Positions 26,301 through 30,726 of a stretch of 30,726 nt of DNA are shown here, piece by piece. The notes under the pieces are model-generated. The model did no database searches. It had not been told where the DNA came from and saw only the letters and a list, made by a program, of their open reading frames with translations. The translations under genes and the position numbers were made by a program. Source of the DNA: a virus (lineage: Duplodnaviria > Caudoviricetes); IMG/VR virus record IMGVR_UViG_3300011335_000067, positions 1-30,726 of that record. One strand, given 5' to 3'. Within the stretch, counting starts at the first letter, position 1. Each line of letters begins with the position of its first letter.

Positions 26301-27091
26301 GGTTTTTAAATGATTCCTTTGGTGGTTTAAATTGGTACGATGCTGCTACTCAGACTCAGAATGAGTTTGCTAAACGGGTAGCAATGGCTGCTTATAGTCC
26401 TGTTGGTCGTAGAAGTCTTCAGATAGCTTTGTTTGCTCCTGACTGGACTATATCTACTCTCCGTGCTTTTAGTTCTGCTCTTCCTAAAGGTTTAAACCCT
26501 ACTAAGTGGCAACCTGTTGAAGGTATTAAGGGCATGATGACCCCTACAACTAAAGCAGACTATGCTAGGTTGTATCAGGTTAAGACTGCTTTGACGTATT
26601 TAACTATGTTGAATGCCATAAATTTTATTACTGCTGGTCGTTATATTTGGGAAAACAAAGATCCAACACGTATTGAGTTTCCTGATGGTACATCTATGCA
26701 AGCTATGAAGCACGCTATGGAACCAGCCCACTGGATCATGGATCCCACTAAAACATTGGCTAATAAACTAGGGTTTATACCTAAAGCAGCTATTGTCAGT
26801 ATTGCTGGTACAGAATACGCTTCTCCACAAGCTCAAAAACTAGTTGACCCTAGTGCTGCCGGTAGACTTAAAGCTGTTGCAAGTATGGCTGTTCCATTCC
26901 AAGTAGCTGCTGCTAGAGATGCTCCCCCAGGAGAAGGTGCTAAACGTGCGTTACTAGGAACAATGGGTTTCCCTGTCTATGGTGGTACACCAGAACAAAA
27001 GAAAGCAGCTAGAGCTGAACGAGAAAAAGTTCTTAAAGAAGCTGCTAAGAAATACCATCAAAAAGCCAAAGAAAAGGGTTGGGAAAAGTAA
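23360..27091 (+). CDS. Large multidomain internal virion/ejection protein (gp16-like position)
   Basis: 1243 aa with N-terminal short repeats, Gly/Ala hydrophobic helices, an HEAEH motif and a long helical C-terminal region. Confidence 0.75.
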   Translation: MANFGQEDEVVSKPSAAPPVAKSSWGADDEVVNKPSEDRVSNLSLSELITGKKKEIPTTAGGTFARSAAESAAATPAALLGARAGFALTPPVLPVVGPFAKPIGGVVGAIAGGLLGAEGIDAIEGAVDSVFGTNIRNTKKQQQKEYPTAALLGQVIGGAVNPWMKIGLAGSAKEAALGAGVMAGVGAGGRAVSGGDIFDPKAIGADIFAGGLTTPRDRGKRLLGLDVPERKSIHSFENETGLPPEQPSVRNGATPEKIQAFVDELKINKTKKDAQAKVVQTAFKNNETGELELYGPIHDPVRKTETVDTHTQGFIDENGNFLDRKEAWNRARDLGQVEELSDIKVGLQSSDLRAANDKNFEFFNVPETLEGVPITIDKTMTRKTDGTKVGARYKRETNEISIDPEHIYNQFVDKAWSKPKVEGVFPISENAFKTPQEWADFVLQHEAEHVKTPIAEGQTKAQYENQTNKAALEVIAEKKAKATDTPVEPIPLSETVVPVDRTKTDPRDIKDQQEFKDIAQEIYEKHGEVEAVKFYEGYEQYKQSWNESIAETEKFVGTNLRAKAADERIIHNNTSDLKALAGKEVNLTDLTYAIDKGDVLTGKAKEVADKFRTLMDDLGKKALENGVIKGWHQDYVARNVVTEGAAPPTAIQEFIRDVFGYEKGVSGAKTTTKYGQQRKLETRQDLVDHLEGINSWLTVKGLDYRFKLKSDNLADIYHDYALSVEKAIENKNLINNLKQIRNANGESLIRPITPEDPLPYQWEVMDNSELAGYAVHPDLIPHLKFVFDAAPGELMNALGSISQFVKRINVVGSFFHAKSLMEVMSSTGIPIWTPLKEAIVLPLVEKGVKAITGKDIQLSAISKAVEQFKKGGVGTSVDKWIREDGLQLEVPEDVSKNILSASGKLVDSLISKFGPKTRVLEKSLTTVEKYTLGYFDKYTWDYLHTGGKLMVAEAYLDKARLGAAKEGRPFDESASRKEIARFLNDSFGGLNWYDAATQTQNEFAKRVAMAAYSPVGRRSLQIALFAPDWTISTLRAFSSALPKGLNPTKWQPVEGIKGMMTPTTKADYARLYQVKTALTYLTMLNAINFITAGRYIWENKDPTRIEFPDGTSMQAMKHAMEPAHWIMDPTKTLANKLGFIPKAAIVSIAGTEYASPQAQKLVDPSAAGRLKAVASMAVPFQVAAARDAPPGEGAKRALLGTMGFPVYGGTPEQKKAARAEREKVLKEAAKKYHQKAKEKGWEK

Positions 27092-28620
27092 TGGCTAAAC
27101 TTACTACACCTATTCCACCAGATAAGATTGGGGAAAGCTTTGTCTGGAGAGATTGGTTTCAAAGACTTAGTGATAAAGTCTTTGGAACTATGGCTCAGCA
27201 AGATGCTAATAGTGTTTCTATTACTGGTGGGTCTATTAGCAATATAGATTTAAACGGAAACAACATTACCAATGCTCGTATCACAAACAGCTTTATTGAA
27301 AGCACACCAATAGGTTTAAACAACCCATCAGCAGGTAATTTTACTAGTGTTATTTTAGGTACTCCTTTAGCCATTAGTTATGGTGGTACAAATAGCACAT
27401 CTACACCAACGGCAGGTGCTGTTCCTTACGGCACGGGTACGGCCTATGCTTTTACTGCTGCTGGTTCTTCTGGTCAAGTTTTAACTAGCAATGGTGCAGG
27501 TGTACCTACTTGGACAACAAATGCTGGTGGAGATGTTACAGGGCCAGCATCATCAACTGACAACGCCATTGTTAGATTTAACTTAACAACAGGTAAGTTA
27601 ATACAAAACAGTGGTGTCATCATTGATGATACTGATAACATCAGTGGCATCTTGTCTCAACAGTTTAGCAATGGTTCTGCTGTAACTCTTGCTGCTGGAA
27701 AAATGTGGTATGACGGCTCTACAGGCGCGTGGAACTTGGGCATGGGTAACGGCAACATTACTCAACAAGTGGGCGAAGAAATTTTTGTCTACGGCAAAGC
27801 CTCTGCGGCAATTACAGACTCACCCCTGCAAATTATTTACCATACCGGCGTTGTTGGTGCTAGTGGTGTTATCACCTTTGCACCCACCATTGCAGGCATT
27901 ACAAATGCTAATGATATTGTTGGTGTAGCTACAGAATCTTTGGCCCTTAACGATTTTGGACGAGCTACAGTATTTGGGGTAGTGCGAGGCATCACAACCA
28001 ACGGCACTGCTTTTGGGGAGACTTGGGCTGATGATGATGTTATCTGGTACAACCCCGTTACCGGCAACCCCACCAAAACTGAACCTGTTGCACCTTACAT
28101 TAAGTTGCAAGTTGGTACTGTGATTAAAGCAGGTGCTGGAGGTTCTGGGTCTTTCCAAGTTAGTATCAATCGAGGTTCTACTCTTGGAGGTACAGACTCC
28201 AATGTACAGTTTGGCACTTTAGCTAATACTGACTTAATTCAGTACAGCACTTCATTAGGTTATTGGACAAACGTAACTCCTGCGTCGGTGTTGGCTACTG
28301 CATCAGGTGCTCCAATTACTAAAACAGCTAACTTTACTGTTGGTGCAGGTGAAACTTGGTTTATCAACAACAAGTCAGGATCAACTTGCGTTGTTACACT
28401 GCCTACTGCTTCTTCTTGGACAGGTAGATATATCACAGTTAAAAATATGCAAGCTCAGTTACTTAATTCTGCTACTAGTAACGTTGTACCTCTTGATAGT
28501 ACGACTGCTGGTACAGCAATCCTTTTAGGAGTTGTTGGTAATTGGGCTACATTAGTGTCTGATGGTACTAATTGGGTAATCATGCAAGCTGCATCCAATA
28601 ACAATTTGTTGCTAGAATAA
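27091..28620 (+). CDS. Tail fibre protein
   Basis: TAATG-coupled. GTMAQQDANSVSITGGSI, LAISYGGT, GQVLTSNGAGVPTW and GDVTGPASSTDNAIVRF fibre motifs; C-terminal VTLP...LVSDGTNW domain. Confidence 0.85.
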   Translation: MAKLTTPIPPDKIGESFVWRDWFQRLSDKVFGTMAQQDANSVSITGGSISNIDLNGNNITNARITNSFIESTPIGLNNPSAGNFTSVILGTPLAISYGGTNSTSTPTAGAVPYGTGTAYAFTAAGSSGQVLTSNGAGVPTWTTNAGGDVTGPASSTDNAIVRFNLTTGKLIQNSGVIIDDTDNISGILSQQFSNGSAVTLAAGKMWYDGSTGAWNLGMGNGNITQQVGEEIFVYGKASAAITDSPLQIIYHTGVVGASGVITFAPTIAGITNANDIVGVATESLALNDFGRATVFGVVRGITTNGTAFGETWADDDVIWYNPVTGNPTKTEPVAPYIKLQVGTVIKAGAGGSGSFQVSINRGSTLGGTDSNVQFGTLANTDLIQYSTSLGYWTNVTPASVLATASGAPITKTANFTVGAGETWFINNKSGSTCVVTLPTASSWTGRYITVKNMQAQLLNSATSNVVPLDSTTAGTAILLGVVGNWATLVSDGTNWVIMQAASNNNLLLE

Positions 28621-28621
28621 A

Positions 28622-29092
28622 ATGATTGATCCTGTAACAGCTTTTGCGACTGCCCAAGCCGCTATCAAAGGAGTACAGGTAGCAATCAAAATGGGTAAAG
28701 ACATCCACGCCATTGGCGGGGAGATGATGAAGTTCTTTGAAGCTAAAGATATAGTACAAAGAGAAGCATCTAAACCCAAAAGTAGTTTTGCTAAGTCAGA
28801 CACTGCTCAAGCATTTGAAATAGTAATGCAAGCTAAGATACTTGCTGATGCTGAGAGAGAGTTAAACAACTATATGGTGATGTCAGGCAATGCTGATCTT
28901 TGGCAACAGTTGATGGTTGAAAGAAACAACATTATTCAGAAGCGCAAGGTTGAAGACATACTGGCAGAGAATCAAGCTAAGAAGCGTAAAGATGAGATTG
29001 AAGATTTGTTGACTTGGTTGATAGCAGGGGCGCTAATAATACTGCTGCTAGGTTTATGTTTTTGGTGGTTAACACTTTTGATGGGGAAGTAG
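28622..29092 (+). CDS. Hypothetical protein with C-terminal transmembrane helix
   Basis: MIDPVTAFATAQAA N-terminus, coiled coil, hydrophobic C-terminus. Confidence 0.8.
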   Translation: MIDPVTAFATAQAAIKGVQVAIKMGKDIHAIGGEMMKFFEAKDIVQREASKPKSSFAKSDTAQAFEIVMQAKILADAERELNNYMVMSGNADLWQQLMVERNNIIQKRKVEDILAENQAKKRKDEIEDLLTWLIAGALIILLLGLCFWWLTLLMGK

Positions 29093-29338
29093 ATGAATGA
29101 CATTAAATCAAAACTTACGTTCTTTGTGACCCTAATGGTCAGCTTTACCCTGTGTGTGGTTGTCATTGGGATGGTCGGGGTGCTGATGGCGGGTCTATTT
29201 AATCCCCTTGTGGACAACGCAGAAATTTTTAAACTCATATCTCCCGCATTTCAGACTATTGTTGGTGGCTTTATTGGGCTGCTGGCTGGCGTAAAACTTT
29301 CCCATAGTGAAGATTCTCCCCCCTACAAAAAGGACTAA
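29093..29338 (+). CDS. Two-TM membrane protein (holin/antiholin candidate)
   Basis: Two hydrophobic segments, AFQTIVGGFIGLLAG. Confidence 0.7.
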   Translation: MNDIKSKLTFFVTLMVSFTLCVVVIGMVGVLMAGLFNPLVDNAEIFKLISPAFQTIVGGFIGLLAGVKLSHSEDSPPYKKD

Positions 29339-29341
29339 ACC

Positions 29342-29857
29342 ATGCTAACTATCTTATCCACACTAATCTCCTTCCTAATGGGAGGCTTGCCTAAGTTGCT
29401 GGACTTCTTCCAAGACCGCAACGATAAAAAACACGAATTAGCACTAGCTCAAATGCAGATAGAACGTGAGCTTGAGCTTCGTAAAGCTGGTTTTGAAGCA
29501 CAAGAACGTGTAGAGCAGATACACACACAGCAATTGGAATTAGAAACAAAAGCCAAGGCTAGTGAGAACCTGGTTAACGCACAAGTAGCTGAGATGAACG
29601 CCATCTATAAGCATGACGAGTCTTTGAGTGAAGGTACAAGCCAGTGGATGAAGGATCTACGTGCTGGTGTACGTAGCTTTATTACCCTGGGATTCTTTTT
29701 ATTGTTATGTTTTGTAGACATTGGTATGTTTGTGTATGGTTGGAACAATGGTGTAGCTTTTCCTGCTCTAGCAGAACGTTTGTGGGATAGCAATACTCAA
29801 GCATTGTTTGCCAGTATTATTGCATTTCACTTCGGTGGTCGAGCATTTGGTAAATGA
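29342..29857 (+). CDS. Putative holin (3TM-type)
   Basis: N-terminal hydrophobic segment, coiled coil, LRAGVRSFIT transmembrane segment, FHFGGRAFGK end; upstream of the lysozyme. Confidence 0.6.
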   Translation: MLTILSTLISFLMGGLPKLLDFFQDRNDKKHELALAQMQIERELELRKAGFEAQERVEQIHTQQLELETKAKASENLVNAQVAEMNAIYKHDESLSEGTSQWMKDLRAGVRSFITLGFFLLLCFVDIGMFVYGWNNGVAFPALAERLWDSNTQALFASIIAFHFGGRAFGK

Positions 29858-30009
29858 TCTGGACTTTGGTACTAGTAACAGGTATCAATATGAACTCAAT
29901 AATGGTCGTAGGCTATTTTGAGGTGGAGTCAGCTTGCCAAAGAGCTGCTAAAGAATGGCGTGACTTAGGATACAAAGTAGGCTGCGTACAAAGCGTAGTA
30001 AAAAAATGA
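29854..30009 (+). CDS. 51-aa two-Cys small protein (not in ORF track)
   Basis: ATGA overlaps at both ends. Translates to MIWTLVLVTGINMNSIMVVGYFEVESACQRAAKEWRDLGYKVGCVQSVVKK. Confidence 0.7.
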   Translation: MIWTLVLVTGINMNSIMVVGYFEVESACQRAAKEWRDLGYKVGCVQSVVKK

Positions 30010-30482
30010 AAGTATCAACTAAAGCTCTTTCAATGATCAGACACCATGAGGGTGTTCGTCAACGTGCTTACCGTTGTCCTGCTTTGCTTTGGACTATTGG
30101 TGTTGGTCATGTGTTGTATCCAGAACAAGGTAAGTTACCCCTGGATCAACGTATGGGAGTCCCACTAAAACCTGAAGATGATCGCTTGTTTAGTATGGAG
30201 GAAGTCAATGGAATACTTGCAGCAGATCTACACCGTTTTGAATTGGGAGTGGAACGGTTCTGCCCTGTCATTCTTACCCAAGGTCAATTTGATGCTCTCG
30301 TTAGTTTTAGCTTCAATGTTGGTTTGGGAACACTTCAACGCAGTACCCTCCGTCAAAAAGTTCTTAAGAACAATATGGAAGGTGCTGCGGAAGAGTTACT
30401 AAAGTACTGTATGGCTGGTGGTAAACCTCTCAAGGGACTACAGAACCGCCGAAAAGATGAACGCGCCTTGTTTCTTTCATAG
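30006..30482 (+). CDS. Endolysin, GH24 phage lysozyme
   Basis: HEG-x5-YRCPALLWTIGVGH (E15, C24, T30), QGQFDALVSFSFNVG, GLQNRRKDE. Confidence 0.95.
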   Translation: MKVSTKALSMIRHHEGVRQRAYRCPALLWTIGVGHVLYPEQGKLPLDQRMGVPLKPEDDRLFSMEEVNGILAADLHRFELGVERFCPVILTQGQFDALVSFSFNVGLGTLQRSTLRQKVLKNNMEGAAEELLKYCMAGGKPLKGLQNRRKDERALFLS

Positions 30483-30624
30483 CATCTTTTAGATCATGTC
30501 TAAGTTGCTCTAAGGCATCTTGTTGTTCTTGCATTCTGATATAAGCATCTGTAGCAAAGTCAGCTAGATTCTTGTTACTCCAAGATGCAAAGTTAGGCAG
30601 GTCTTGTTTGTCATTGTTTGGCAT
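30430..30624 (-). CDS. Hypothetical protein, end of a convergent leftward operon
   Basis: AAGGA RBS on the minus strand; PNFASWSNKNLADFA followed by a coiled coil. Confidence 0.7.
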   Translation of the reverse strand: MPNNDKQDLPNFASWSNKNLADFATDAYIRMQEQQDALEQLRHDLKDAMKETRRVHLFGGSVVP

Positions 30625-30724
30625 TTTTAATTTTCCTTTCTGGTTTAGGACAGTCTTCAGGTACTTCTAGAGGACACCATATCCATACGGCTTCTTCTCT
30701 TTCTCCTTGTCTAGCACCTAGCCC
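30611..30724 (-). CDS. 3' end of a leftward hypothetical gene (truncated by the window edge)
   Basis: Open frame ...GLGARQGEREEAVWIWCPLEVPEDCPKPERKIKNAKQ*, overlapping the start of the next gene. Confidence 0.6.
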   Translation of the reverse strand, partial: GLGARQGEREEAVWIWCPLEVPEDCPKPERKIKNAKQ

Positions 30725-30726
30725 TC

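Noticed and set aside
30048-30095. Cys replacing the catalytic Asp in the lysozyme as a novelty
   Set aside because: E-x8-C-x5-T is an established GH24 variant (for example P1 Lyz).

Overview
This window is the virion-morphogenesis and lysis arm of a tailed dsDNA phage with a podovirus, P22-like tail and ejection gene order. CTGT-N8-ACAG SOS boxes suggest a beta- or gammaproteobacterial host. From left to right it holds the start of a leftward gene, then a ~1.2 kb non-coding control region. That region contains a ~200-nt hairpin resembling a single-stranded-DNA promoter, a GC-rich pseudoknot-capable element, an IHF-like site, two perfect DnaA boxes, two LexA boxes, AT-rich palindromic DNA and a sigma70-type promoter. 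One long rightward gene run follows: six tiny Lys-rich ORFs, TerS, TerL, portal, GroES, scaffold, capsid proteins, several tailspike/fibre genes, gp4- and gp10-like tail proteins, a cupin+SET-domain fusion, three ejection-type proteins, a tail fibre, membrane/holin genes and a GH24 lysozyme. The run converges on leftward genes at the right edge. The most interesting candidates are the fold-back promoter with host replication/SOS signals, and a phage SET methyltransferase co-encoded with histone-tail-like basic microproteins. All family assignments come from motif recognition and gene order; no database searches were run.
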